64,000 nt of DNA from Sphyrna mokarran. Its lineage: Eukaryota. Position numbers and translations under genes: made by a program. The first letter of the stretch is position 1, and every line of letters starts with the position of its first letter. The stretch is taken from NCBI GenBank assembly GCA_024679065.1, contig JAGIQG010000008.1:97154001-97218000 (forward strand), read 5' to 3'. Of this stretch, positions 28,301 through 39,890 are shown piece by piece. Below the pieces are notes generated by a model, which was not told the origin of the DNA, did no database searches, and worked only from the letters and a program-made list of their open reading frames with translations.

Positions 28301-29364
28301 GTGTATTTGTGACCTATGGCTAGCCACAGAGTGAGTATTAGAAAGAACCCCTTGTTAGGATGTAGATGTGTGAGGAAAAGGAAAAATGACTGTGAACTGA
28401 AGAGATTTGTACTGTCAATTAGATTTTACTGTTATTCATTAGTGTCATGTAAGAAATGTATATTTTGTGTCATTTCTACAACAGAGATACTGGAACTCCT
28501 CTGATTTATGGTTTGAGTTTGTTCACTCCCGTCATTTAAAGCTCCATCTGCAGCTACTGTGGGCCTAAACTCTTGAATTCCCTTTTTCAATCTCACTACC
28601 CATCTTATTTGCTTTAAATGCTCCTTTAAACCCTATCTCTTTAATCAGTCTGTCTGAATATCTCATGTTACTTGGTGTCAAGTTTTATTTAACAATGTTC
28701 TTGTAGTGCTTCAGGGTACATTGTATGATGTGGAAGCTGTTACATAAATATTAAGTTGTTGTGATCATAGTATTAACATGCTTGATACTTTCCTTTCCGT
28801 TATTGTGCAATGTAAAATATGGTTTATAATATAATTTGTCATAATATAAACATTTGTTCACTAAATAGAAGTGGTATGGTAGAATTTGATCAAAATTTGA
28901 GATTTAGTGTAACCTCATCCTATAGCCAAATGTTTGTGACAAATAACTTTACTGGCTTTCTTTAAATTTTATTTTCTGTCAGTTATTGAAACAACTTGCA
29001 AGATATTACTCCATTTAACTTTTTGTTTGTATTGTCACAGTATCTCCTCCATTAGTAAGATACATAGGATGCGAACCAGAATTCCCAGAGGTAGGAGAAG
29101 AGGCAGTGATTGTATGCCGAGTATATGGCTTCTTTCCAAAGGAAATAACATTCATGTGGTTCAAAGATGATGAAAGAACAGATGATGCACAAATTACTTC
29201 TACTGATCCCCAATTGGGTGGAATGACTGGCTTCTTCTGCTGTGAAAGCCGATGGAAATTGTTAATTAAGCCAGAATACAATAAGATGGAATTCAAGGTT
29301 GAGATTCTTCATTTCCCAACCTCACACAGGCCTTCAAGGGCGTGTTTCACCATGCAACTTAAAG
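6946..29364 (+). CDS. NCR3LG1: Gene A: B7-H6/NCR3LG1-like type I membrane protein, V-C1-TM-(C1-like)x4; join(6946..7308,9557..9877,18170..18283,19813..20244,24004..24381,25753..26064,29041..29364); leader exon and stop-containing exon not securely located
   Basis: Seven open exons, each AG...GT bounded, phase 1/1 and a multiple of 3 long (748 codons in total). The V and C1 domains match human B7-H6 motifs as I recall them (FRPGA/GDASLRLP/YRCEVVVTP; CESSGFYP/KNMDGTFNVTS). Symbol indicates family, not proven orthology. Confidence 0.85.
9557..9877 (+). CDS. Gene A extracellular IgC1 exon
   Basis: tcacag|CCCTA...GAAG|gtaagt; [32 protein letters not shown]; sequons NGT and NVS. Confidence 0.93.
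10195..10800 (+). mobile_element. CR1 3' end / long 3' UTR copy
   Basis: Closely matches about 34893-35425. Confidence 0.75.
12815..13110 (-). mobile_element. Decayed CR1 ORF2 fragment
   Basis: [16 protein letters not shown] motif in ORF 12915-13181. Confidence 0.7.
13365..14850 (+). repeat. Cluster of three HE1-like SINEs (about 13365-13640, 13840-14130, 14675-14850)
   Basis: Repeated gcactgctgcctcacag..ttgggtcactgtctgtgtgg..gtaagcctacttgtgac..aataaataaa. Confidence 0.8.
15330..15730 (-). repeat. Two HE1-like SINE fragments
   Basis: tgtgggaggaaa..ggagcacc reverse-complement core, twice. Confidence 0.72.
15735..16780 (+). mobile_element. CR1-type LINE 3' part (RT C-terminus), frameshifted
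   Basis: [40 protein letters not shown]; tail gggccgaagggcctgtttgtgctgt. Confidence 0.92.
17085..17915. repeat. HE1-like SINEs (about 17085-17370 +; about 17680-17915 -)
   Basis: B box ggttcaattcc and conserved core. Confidence 0.72.
18170..18283 (+). CDS. Gene A transmembrane exon ([38 protein letters not shown])
   Basis: tctacag|AG...AAAG|gtaaaa; 114 nt; long uncharged hydrophobic run, acidic before and KYRK after. Confidence 0.88.
19813..20244 (+). CDS. Gene A post-TM C1-like domain D1 (long internal loop, lacks second Cys)
   Basis: ttaaag|TCCCT...GGAA|gtaagt; [42 protein letters not shown]. Confidence 0.88.
21041..21241. mobile_element. Penelope-terminus-derived mini-palindrome
   Basis: Inverted arms ctcacaacaccaggttaaagtccagcaggtttat / ataaacctgatggactttaacctggtgtggtgag; TSD TTATTGATTTTAAT at 21028-21041 and 21242-21255. 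Confidence 0.8.
23545..23835 (+). mobile_element. CR1 3' end with (TTCTATG)n tail
   Basis: [22 protein letters not shown]; tandem ttctatg. Confidence 0.88.
24004..24381 (+). CDS. Gene A post-TM C1-like domain D2
   Basis: aaaag|TTGAA...AAAG|gtattg; [23 protein letters not shown]. Confidence 0.9.
24925..25245 (+). repeat. HE1-like SINE
   Basis: ggcacagtagttagtactgttgcctca..ggtttgattcc..gcacattctccc. Confidence 0.75.
25753..26064 (+). CDS. Gene A post-TM C1-like domain D3
   Basis: ccccag|CTATC...ATGA|gtaaga; [28 protein letters not shown]. Confidence 0.9.
26600..28200 (-). mobile_element. Old CR1 fragments interrupted by a GC-richer insertion (about 27100-27630)
   Basis: [11 protein letters not shown] and [11 protein letters not shown] (endonuclease-like) remnants. 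Confidence 0.6.
29041..29364 (+). CDS. Gene A post-TM C1-like domain D4 (lacks second Cys)
   Basis: tcacag|TATCT...AAAG|gtatga; [27 protein letters not shown]. Confidence 0.88.
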
Positions 29365-29648
29365 GTATGAATTTAGTGCATATTTTCTCTATACTTGATT
29401 TGATTTGTCACATGTATTAATATACAGTGGAAAGTATTGTTTCTTGCACACTTTACAGACAAAGCACATCTTTGTAACATTGGCTGTAACTTCTGAGCTC
29501 CCTAGCATTAGATTTTGTGTGTGTATGTGTAGTGGTGGGGGGGCATGGAGAAAGAGAGAGAGAGAGGAGAAACCATTTAAAAATAAGATTTAAATCTCAA
29601 AATTCATGTATTCTTGTTTCATTGTAACACCTGGCATTCGGGGAAACC

Positions 29649-29727
29649 AGTAAGAATTTAGCAACACCAATTTTTAATCCAACCGATTTATTTGATAGTA
29701 AAATTGCGAGCTTTCAACACTCTTGTG
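29649..29727 (-). mobile_element. Short terminal fragment of the same Penelope family as 2137-4849
   Basis: Close match to 2178-2257; TSD TCGGGGAAACC at 29638-29648 and 29728-29738. Confidence 0.85.
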
Positions 29728-31510
29728 TCGGGGAAACCTACAGTGTACTCCCTGCAAGGCCACTATATCTTTGCTAAGCTGTGGTGTCCAGACTGAACAT
29801 GGCCCTTTAGTTGTGAGCAAATCACATCTGTGGATATATGTACGTGTGGATCATTCCATGGTTCCCCCCTCTGAACTCTCCTAAATAGCACAATGACACA
29901 TGCAATCTTCAATCTCGAGGAAACTTATCGGAATTGAGTGGACTTTGTAAGGTTAAGATGAAGGAAGTGCCAGTGTGAACTAAATTGTTTGAGCAGGATG
30001 TTCTGTAATGGATCAACATATTACCTTTGTCATAGAGCTTTACAGCACAGAAAGGGGACCTTCAGCCCATCGTGTCTGTGCCAGCTGTCATTTGTGTTTG
30101 ATAGTGATTCAGTCCACACCACATTACACAAGTGTCCCTCTGAAGCCATGCCAGGCAGATTGACCAGAATTAACCTTGACTTCAACCTATGAATTGGCTT
30201 GAACAATTGCTACAGCACATAGACAGTGAACAGGATTGCAACAAAGAATTTGAAAAAGTGAAAATAGATTGAAAAGCAATTTGACAAAAAGATGCACCTT
30301 GCAGAATACCAAGCAGGTAATCAAGCCATGATAATTCATTATGGGTAAGAACAAGTACTGTTTTGAACACAAATGGAAGGGACCATACCATGAAATGGAG
30401 AAGTTGAACCTAGCAGTTTATCTTATTGAAGTACTTGACAAAGCTATTGGAAAATGTACCAAAGTAGTATCCTAACAGCTGAAAACAATAAAACTAAATA
30501 TGTCTTGTCTTACAGGCCATTGAAAGGTGGTATAAACTGTGGACCCTGCCAGATTATCAATCCAGCTGTGCCTGATTACTGTTTATGTTAAAGAAGACTT
30601 TATTGCACAAGTCTCAGACCTGATACCACATTTTCTTCTTAACTCAAACTTGTGGATATACCTGGGACCAAAAAGAACCTAACTGTGTTATGATGGCCAC
30701 TGAGGAATTGGATTTCCTGTATATTCAGCTTACGAAGGGAAAGGTGAATTCTATATAACAATGACCTCCAAGAATGTCTATATAGTAATCTGACTTGCCT
30801 GATTGATTCAGGTAGCTTTTGCTTGAGCCCCACCCTGTCAGCACAGATGTGGACATGCATTTTGTGCAGTCTGTACAATATCTGCAGTTAGGCATCATTG
30901 TTGGTTATGGTGTGAAGGAACACTTACCTGAGTACATCAGCGGATCTGGATAAGAGATTTTCCTCGTTGCCTGAACATCTGATGGAACTGATGCACGGGA
31001 TTAATTCCTTCAGCTGACTTTCATGTATTGCAACAATGGAATGCAGAAGTTAAAGAAAAATTACCTGAGGTTGGAGGTCCGAGACATTGGTTAACTTTAG
31101 TCTGAACATTAAGATAGCACCTTGGATTTAAGTGGTATCACATACTTTGGTTGCGATTCAATAATTATTGTAAATGGTTTGATTGTTCCAGTCAGATATG
31201 TGAAGAGAATATATGACTGCCCTCTTGGGATCACATAAATTCAGATTAAATATAGATTTTGAGAGGAATCAGTATCAATAATCTTCCCTGTGGTGGGATT
31301 GTAAGATTTTGATGAATATAAGAATTTTAGGATTTTATATTAATTAGGACAGATGTTTTGGGATCTCATTCACCATGTTTTAAATAGACGAGCTTAAGTT
31401 TGTGCCTGCTGAATGGAGATAATTATAGTTCTGTTACATAAGAATGGGTCTACTGACCAGCAAGGAAGTAGACCAATAGTCACTACCAGAATCAGTGTGA
31501 AACACACATC

Positions 31511-31637
31511 ATGATGTGGAGTTGCCAACATTGGACTGGGATAGGCACAGTAAATAGTCTCACAACACCAGATTAAAGTCCAACAGGTTATTTGGTAGCA
31601 CGCACTTTTGGAGCATTTCCCCTTCATCAGGTGAGTG
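31511..31637 (-). mobile_element. Penelope-terminus-derived fragment with a decayed hammerhead-like core
   Basis: tgatgtggagttgcc...cagtaaatagtctcacaacaccag...ccttcatcaggtgag, similar to 21041-21165. Confidence 0.7.
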
Positions 31638-32219
31638 CTAAATCCTATGTTGTTCCAATAGCAGCATCGGGGCTTTTTAAAATTAAAGTGCCTCAAAAAC
31701 CTATACGCATTAAGTGCCAGATTTGAAAGAAAGGAACTTTGTTGAATGGAAGTGGACTTGGAAATCTTCTGAAACTAATCTCTGCCCTGCACTAGGCAGG
31801 CTCCTAAGTGCAATTTGGCTGTTCAGTGCAGAAAAGGTCTTATGGCCCAGTTAGAGGGGTCTATCCAGAAGATTAAAAGAAGCCTGAAGATTAGCAGAGG
31901 TCTGGGAGACATCATGGTGGACAGAAGTCCCACCAGGGACTGGGCACTTCCCAATTCTGCAAAGTAAAACATCTAGTTCGTGGCATTGCATATGTTAATT
32001 TTTCTTCTACATGGCATATCCAATCAAGTCCTAGCTCCCAATGTATCAGGTCATGTCCTTGATGTCATCCAAGGATAATTATTGTATGAGATCAAATGTC
32101 AATTCTGATCATGCTGGAATGTTTCTAATAATTATTGCTTGTAAAAAAAAAAGTTTAATGTATATTACTTGAGTCATTTTTTTTATTTATTATGGTGAAA
32201 TGCAACCAAATGGGGGGGG

Positions 32220-32545
32220 ACAGCGGCCTCCTGATATTGTCACTCAACTAGTAATTCAAAGGCCCAGGATGTTGCTCTGGGGTCCCAGGTTCGAATCCCA
32301 CTATGGCAGCTGCTGGAATTTGAATTCAATAAAAATCTAAGTAAACATTTAATAATGACCATAAAACCACTGTCAATTGCCATAAAAGCTTGTCTGGTTC
32401 ACTATGCCCTTTATGGAAGGAAATCTGCATTCCTTACCTTATCTGGCCTGCATGTGACTCCAGATCCATGGCAATACAGTTGACTGTTAAGGGATGGCCA
32501 ATAAATATTGGCCCAGGCAGCAACAGCTGCATCCCATGGACAAAT
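32220..32545 (+). repeat. Second tRNA-headed SINE family (other copies about 5495-5840 -, 23095-23425 -, 42800-43000 +, 44220-44500 +, and 48367-48404 plus 49286-49492 +)
   Basis: B box ggttcgaatcc; shared core tctggttcacta..tttagggaaggaaatctgc..ccttacc. Confidence 0.72.
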
Positions 32546-33285
32546 TTTTAAAAATTACAATTTAAAATTGGCTGTAGGTGCAATCGCATTTCTGACTGCA
32601 CCCATGGACTTTGGAACTTAATTATTGCCTTATGCAATAATTTGTGTTAATCATTAGATGCTCGAGATTCACCAACTTGAAAATTTGTAGTCAGAATTCA
32701 GCACAATGGCAGGCATTAAAAATTTTCTTCCCTCCTTCCGTTGTTTCCTTTTAGTCACCCATGTTTATTCAGCATGCGTCAGAAAATGCTCCACCTCAAT
32801 TTAATGCTCTCTTTGAATGCTGACTCAAAATAAATTATCTATTATATCTGTAAAAGTTTTTTAAGAGTCGTAAATGCTGAAAGGAAGAAATTGAAACAAA
32901 AAATGATGGGAATACATCTGCACTTCTTTCAGACACTGATCAGTCTATTGTACATTTCCATTATTTTCAGTATTAATTATGTGAATGCTTTACTATTGCC
33001 CAGCTTAAATACCACTACTTAATGTTGCAGTCCTTCCCATATCATGTTTATAAACTGGTGAATTGCTATTGGAGCTTAATTTTCTACTATACACGCAAGA
33101 GTAAATATGAAATTGTAAAGTTTGTAAATGATTATCTGTAATTAAACTAGTGATCGTATCACAATGAGCTGAAATATAAATGTGATAAATTGATGTGTAA
33201 TAAAGTATTTCTCACTAAATTCTAAATATTAAATTTGTTTCATTATTAGTATACTTTCTTGACAACTGTTTCTTTTTGCCTCCAG

Positions 33286-33320
33286 AGCCACTTCAGAGAT
33301 ATAATTATAATTGTCTTTAG
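33286..33320 (+). CDS. Candidate terminal coding exon of gene A (EPLQRYNYNCL*)
   Basis: Strong acceptor ctgtttctttttgcctccag; a phase-1 join gives a short tail ending in TAG; no independent support. Confidence 0.3.
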
Positions 33321-33889
33321 AAGCACCAAATGTTGGATAAACTTGTTCTTCTCATGTATTTTATCTGCGTCCTATTCATGGTAGTGTTGCTTTTCCTAAA
33401 ATAAGCAGTCAAAAGTGAACACTATTACACTTATGGTTTATACAATGCCTTGCATTAATTTTGCCTCCTTTGCTTTTCATCCAGTGTCTATTTATAAGTG
33501 CTTTCCTGGTTTCTTATTAGCATCTTTTTAATTTTTGGCTTTCAAAATAACAATTTATACATCTGATTACTTTAAATTCTCCATTTCTTAATCCCTTTTA
33601 AAGTTTTATAAATCAGAATATATTTCTTCATATTTCTGATTATATTACTTATGCAATCTGCCAACGGGATCTATTTGCTCTTCCTCATCTGCCTGTTACC
33701 TCCTGACAACATCATCCAAAGTCAAACTTCACATGTAGCACAGCTCTACCTCACTAATGCTTTGAATCCCTCCATTGCCTGTGTCATTAGATTGCATATC
33801 CTAACATCCAGTCCTGGAGGGATTACCATTCCCTCATGTAGAATGTTGGGAAAACCAAAGTAGTCCTCTTATGCCCCCTCTCCAATAGA

Positions 33890-35425
33890 GAAGGATTTCA
33901 GTAAGGCGTTTGACAAAGTCCCTCATGGGAGGTTAGTTGAAAAGGTCAAGGCTCATGGGATACAAGGACAGGTAGCTAGATGGATGAGTAACTGGCATGG
34001 TAATAGGAGATAGACAGTAATAGCGGAAGGGTGTTTTTCTAGCTGGAGGTTGGTCACTAGTGGTGTGCCACAGGGCTTGGTACTGGAACTTCTATTTGTA
34101 ATATATATATTGGAAGAGGGAATAGGTGGAGTGATCAGCAAGTTTGCAGACTATACAAAGATGGCTGGACTTGCAGATAGTGAGGAGCATTGTCAGGTGA
34201 TGCAGCAAGACATAGGCTGGTAGCTTGGGCAGATAGATGGCAGATGGAATTTGATCCTGATAAATTCGAGGTGATGCATTTTGGGAGAAAGAATGTAGCG
34301 GGGAGGTATATGATAAAGGGTAGACCTATTAAGAGTATAGAAACACAGAGGGACCTGGGGGTACAGGTGCACAAGTCTCTGAAGGTGGCAGAGCAGGTGG
34401 AGAAGGTTGTGAAGAAAGCATATAGTATGCTAGCCTTTATAGGAAGGGGTATAGAGTACAAGAGCTGGCCTTAATGTTGCAGTTGTATAAATGTTGGTTA
34501 GACCTCATTTGGAATACTGCATCCAGTTCTGGTTGTGTTACTACTGGAAGGATGTGGAGACTCTGGAGAGAGTGCAGAGGAGATTTACCAGGATGCTGCC
34601 TGGTATGGAAGGTCTGAGTTACAAGGAGAGGTTAGGCAAATTGGGGCTATTTTCCTTAGAAAGACGTAGGCTTAGAGGAGATCTAATAGAGGTGTACAAG
34701 ATTATGAGGGGTATAGATAGAGTAAACAGGGTTAAGCTTTTTCCTAAGATGGACTCGAATAGCACAAGGGATCACAGGCTTAGGGTGAGGGGGGTAAGGT
34801 ATAATTTGGATGCTAGAGGGAGTTTTTTCACACAAAAGGTGGTGGGGGTATGGAATGCGCTGCCAAGTAAAGTGGTGGAGGCAGGCACTCTGGAGTTATT
34901 TAAGAAATACTTAGACACATGAACAGAATGGGAATGGAGGGGTATAGAAAACTGATTTAAAATCGGGATCATGAGCTTTGGGAGTTGCTGGGAAGTGTGT
35001 AAATAGATGATATTGATGTACTTGTTTTTATCCTACAGGTGCTTTGGTCCACCTTGTTGTCTAACAAGGGGCATACATTCACGCCGTTAGTGTACGCTTG
35101 ACCTGGACCGTTGATGGGCAACACAACAGCTCAGTGACTATCGCTGTGCTGTGCAGATATATGGATTTTGGGCCTGTGTCTTTGGGAGTTTGTGCATTCT
35201 CCTCGTGCTTGCATGGGTTTTCTCCGGGTGCTCCGGTTTCCTCCCACATCCCAAAAATATGTTCTTGGGCTAATCGGCAAAACAAATTCTCCCTAAATTG
35301 TCTCAAATTTGGTTTTTAATCCATAGATCTATAAACATTGGGATCATGGGTAGAGGTGGGAACAGTGGGGTGGTGGCGCGGGCTCGTTGGGCTGAAGGGC
35401 CTGTTTTCCGTGCTTCTTTGTTCTT
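33890..35425 (+). mobile_element. CR1-type LINE 3' part with a long 3' UTR
   Basis: [11 protein letters not shown]; [44 protein letters not shown]. Confidence 0.93.
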
Positions 35426-35829
35426 TGAAACCAAAATGCTTTTCCACTGATTCCATCCCATCTCCAGAAACCAGACTGAATCATATTTGAACCTTTGTGC
35501 CTTATTTATCTGGCTTTGAGCTTCTGAACCCATTTCAACTCCATGGAAAATCTAACCCTGTCTCAGTCCATCAACTGCTGAGCTTCATTTTGTGTCAGTG
35601 CCACACATGGACTTAGGTTAACCAGGAGAGATTGGAATAACTATGTAGGACTGTCAATGAATTTCATGTGATTCCAAAAATCTGCTGCTATAAACCTGTT
35701 CTTCACTAGTCCCCGTCACATTTCATTTGTATATTTTCTAACCTGTTTAACTGCTGGTTCCCAATATCTTCAATTTAAAATATTCCCATTGAACAGGTCA
35801 TATCTCTTCATGTTGACTGTTCCCTATCA

Positions 35830-37097
35830 ACATAGAACAGTACAGCACAGTACAGACTCTTTGGCCCTCAATGTTGTGCTGAGCTATGTCTGAACCCAAG
35901 ATCAAGCTATCCCACTCCGTTTTGTTTTGGTGTGCTCCATTTGCCTATCCAATAAGCACTTGAAAGTTCCTAAAGTGTCTGATTCCATTATCACAGCAGG
36001 CAGTACATTCCACACCCCAACCACTCTGAGTAAAGAATTTACCTCAGACATCCTTCCCATAATCTCCCATTGTGAACCTTATAGTTATATCTCCTAGTAA
36101 CAGCTACATCCACTTGAGAAAATAGTCTCTGTGTCCAATTTATCTATCCCCCTTATCATCTTAAACCTCTATTAAGTTGTCTCTCATCCTCCTCCACTCT
36201 AAAGAGAAAAGCCCCAGCTCCCTCGACCTTTCTTCATAAGACCTACTCTCCAAACTAGAGGCAACATCCTGGTAAATCTCCTCTGCACTCTCTCCAATGC
36301 TTCCACATCCTCCTTATAGTGAGGTGACCAGAACTGCACATAATATTCCAAATGTGGTCTCACCAAGGTTCTGTATAGTTGCAGCATAACCCCACGACTC
36401 TTAAACTCAAACCCCCATTAATAAATGTTTACACACTACAAGCTTTCTTCACGGCTCTATACACTTGAGTGGCAATCTTCAGAGAGCTGTGGATATAAAC
36501 CCCAAGATCTCTCTATTCCTTCACATTTCCCCAGAATCCTGCCATTGACCCTGTAATCCACCTTCAAGTTTGTCCTACCAAAATGAATCATCTCACACTT
36601 ATCAGGGTTATACTCCATCTACTACCTTTCGGTCCAGTTCTGTATCCTGTCAATATCTCTTTGCAGCCTATATGAGCCCTCCATCTCATCCGCTATCCCA
36701 TCAATCTTGGTGTCATCAGCAAACTTACTAACCCACCCTTCAGCCCCCTCTTCCAAGTCAATGATAAAAATCACAAATAACACTAACCCCAGTGGCACAC
36801 CGCTGGTAACTGGCTTCCAGTCTGAAATTTTTCCCTCCGCTACCACACTCTGTCTTCTACAAGACATGATGTAGAGATGCCAGGTGTTATCAGACTTCTT
36901 ACTGTGTTCTACAAGACAGCCAGTTATTTATCCTATCAGCCAAATTTCCTTCTATCCCACACTTCCTCACTTTCTTCATGAGCCTACCATGGGGAACCTT
37001 ATCAAACTCCTTACTAAAATCCATGTATATATCAATTGCTCTATCTTCATCTACACATTTAGTTACCTCCTCAAAGAAGGCAATCAAATTTGTGAGG
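35830..37097 (-). mobile_element. CR1-type LINE 3' part
   Basis: [21 protein letters not shown] and LVRPHLEYYVQFWSPH in minus-strand ORFs. Confidence 0.92.
36867..36906. mobile_element. 40-bp insertion made of both Penelope-type termini, inside a CR1
   Basis: TGATGTAGAGATGCC + AGGTGTTATCAGACTTCTTACTGTG; TSD TTCTACAAGACA at 36855-36866 and 36907-36918. Confidence 0.8.
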
Positions 37098-37782
37098 CCT
37101 TATCCTCCCCCCCCCCATCCTGAACTCTGTACCTCCAGACAACCCCAACGTGACCCACACCTAAGCTCAGCAACCCTAGACTACCCCTATCTCCCAAACA
37201 ATGCTATTAATATAATGATGGTATCACGAACATAGTAATGAGTTGGAAATAATTCTATTCATTCTAAGTGTTTCTGTCCTTCTAAGTATTGAAGCAGGGA
37301 GACGAAATTGTGAAAGCCCCTCACCTGAAAAGCTTTTTCTTTGCAAGATTAATCATTTGCCAATCTGAATGTTTCTAAGTTGCCTACTCATTCACTTGTG
37401 CAGAATACTTCTCCACTGTCTTAGTTGCAGTGTATTCCATTTCTGCTATTTGCCTACCAACATGCTTCCTACATCACGTTTTTGTCACCCGTTCACCAAA
37501 CTAAGCGTTTCTCAGCATGTCTCACACTCTGGTGTTTCACCTTGACACTTACCTGTCCAAAGTGCTTGCTGATCCACCTATTTGCAATTCTTTTAGGGTT
37601 GTCCAACCCAAATGCATTCCATTGAGTTCTTTGGTTTTTATCCATACTTGGGATCTAAACATTGGTGTTAAGATGAGCATTGGTTTTCTAATTACTCTTG
37701 AAAAACATGGTACTGAGCCATCTTCTTGAACTGTGGCAGTCCATGTGGTGTGGGTACATCAACAGCACTACTGAGGCGGGAC

Positions 37783-37886
37783 CAAAAACAGAAAATGCTT
37801 AAAAAGATTGCAGCAGGTTCAACAGCATCTGTGGAGAGAGAATAGAGCCAACACTTCAAGTCTGGATGACCTTTCGTCAGCGCTCT
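37783..37886 (-). repeat. Short interspersed repeat, probably a Penelope-type terminus of a second family (related copy about 41932-42030, + strand)
   Basis: Minus strand CTGACGA-aagGTC atcca GACtt-GAAG...tctctccacagatgctg...cattttctgtttt. Confidence 0.5.
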
Positions 37887-39439
37887 GTAATCCACAGCTT
37901 TTTATTTATTGAGGAGGGAGTTCTGATACTTTGACCTGTTGTCAGTGAAGGAACAGCAATATAATTGCAAGTTGGGATGCTGTTGGCTTGGAGGGAAATT
38001 TGCAGGTGAATTTCCATGCATCTGCTGCTCTTGTCCTTCTAAGTGTTAGAGTTTGCAGGCTTGGAAGAAGCTGTTGAAGGAAGCTTGGTGAGATGCTGCA
38101 GCCTATCTTTTAGATGTTACTTGCTGCAGTCACTGTGCAGCGTGCAACATGTCTTCAAGAAGAGCAAGTTGGCCATACCATGTTGTCTACAAACAATGCT
38201 GCCAAGACTTGCTGCTGTACACGCAGCTCAGTGTTGGTGTGGTTTGCTGGCTTGTGCTACAATTAATTGGAACAGTAACTTCGTGTGATGCGCATCTCGA
38301 TCAGAATAGATGCAGGCAGGTCAAGAATCACCATCACCATATCCAAAAATCAGATTATCCAGATGCTAGCTCAATATCATCCAACCTCATCTTATGCAAC
38401 AACACAAGATCATCCAGTGTTTGAAAGATTAGGAGCAATTAATACATGTTTAAAACAAAATGCAAAATCTTCATTACATGTTTTTTTGGTATGTAGAAAT
38501 AAACAAAGCTGCTACAACAGAATAACTTTATTTGCTGATCAAATACAGAACTGTGGATTTGTCAAAAGAGATACAAGTATTTTCTTTTTAAAAGCTGACA
38601 TTGTAAGTAAAACATGAATATACAGGGAAATTCTTGACAATTAAATTTCTCAAATCGTACTCACTAAAAATCCTAAATGTTTAACATTGATTACAAAGAA
38701 CAAAGAACAATACAGCACAGGAAACAGGCCCTCAGCTCTACAAGCCCGCACCTCCCATTTTAAGACTCAGTGAATCCCTTATGCCAATCCTTTTTCTACC
38801 TACAACTTTTTACAATAAGGCCATGTCAATCAAAATTCTTTGGATTGTGAAATCCCGCATCAGGTTAAAAAAATCAATAAAATAGTAATATGCGTTCCCA
38901 TACATAGAATATACAGTGTAGAATAGGAAATGCAGCATCAAAACAGTGGTGGGCATTCATTTTGGCCAGGTGGGGGGGGGGGCAGGTAGAGCCAGCTATG
39001 TGGACCATGAAACATTTTGTTGATCACTGCCCATGTACAGAGTTGCCACAATCCACTGATTTCCGCCTGCATAGGTTTATTTTCCTGCCAGTATGACTGA
39101 AGTGATGCATATGTAAAGCAAAAGCAAGTGAAATGTGATGCTTGCTGTTAACATTTTGCTTTTTTTTCCCCATTTGATGATAATTCTATTAATACACGAT
39201 TAAACATTTTTCATAATATAGTTATGAAATAATTGGCACATATTAAATGTATTTAATCTTATTAATGAGATCATGGTTAGTGAACAAGCCTGACTTCAAT
39301 CTTGCAACCACTGAGACAGAGGATGTTGTGGCCCACTCATAGTCTAGGCTGTCCATCATTATGTTTAAGTGAATAAAGCTCACATTTGATTTCTGAATTC
39401 ACATGAGATTGTTAATTGAAAACCTCTGGCAAATGTATG

Positions 39440-39890
39440 TAAATAACATAAAGACTATTTGGCCCTTCAAGCCGGTACTGCCATTCAACATGAATGAAGC
39501 AATTCCACTTTCCTGAAAACTCCCTACAGCTTTCCACTTTCTGAGGCTAAAAGCTGATCTATCTATATCTATCTCATTTGGCCTTGAGTACATTCAATGG
39601 TTGAGTATCCATAACCCTCTGGAATTGAGAATGCCAAAGGTGCACAACCCTCCGAAATGAAAACACTTTTCCTAACCTGAGTCTGAAATGATTGTCCTCC
39701 TTATTATAAGAATGTGCTCCCGTGTTCTAGATTCCCCATCCAAGGGGAACAACCTCTCAGAGTTTATCTTAGAATTGTTTCTGTTTCAACGAGACTGCAT
39801 CTTATTCTTCTAGACTCCAGCAATACAAGTCTAATTGAGTCAACCGCACCTCACAAGGCCATCTTCTCATTTCAGGGACAATTCTATTGA
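39440..39890 (-). mobile_element. Decayed CR1 3' fragment
   Basis: tattggcccttcaagcc tail and gtgttctagattcccc, similar to other CR1 ends. Confidence 0.55.

Noticed and set aside
6946-29364. Immunoglobulin/IgNAR/TCR or MHC locus
   Set aside because: No RSS, D or J segments seen; the V exon includes its own G strand; the TM lies after the first C1; no MHC peptide-binding domains; motifs fit B7-H6.
19813-29364. Absence of N-glycosylation sequons as evidence for cytoplasmic location
   Set aside because: Sequons are present in several post-TM domains, so this test gives no support.
30050-31380. Possible decayed retroelement coding region downstream of gene A
   Set aside because: It looks like degraded coding sequence, but I could not identify a diagnostic motif, so it is not called.
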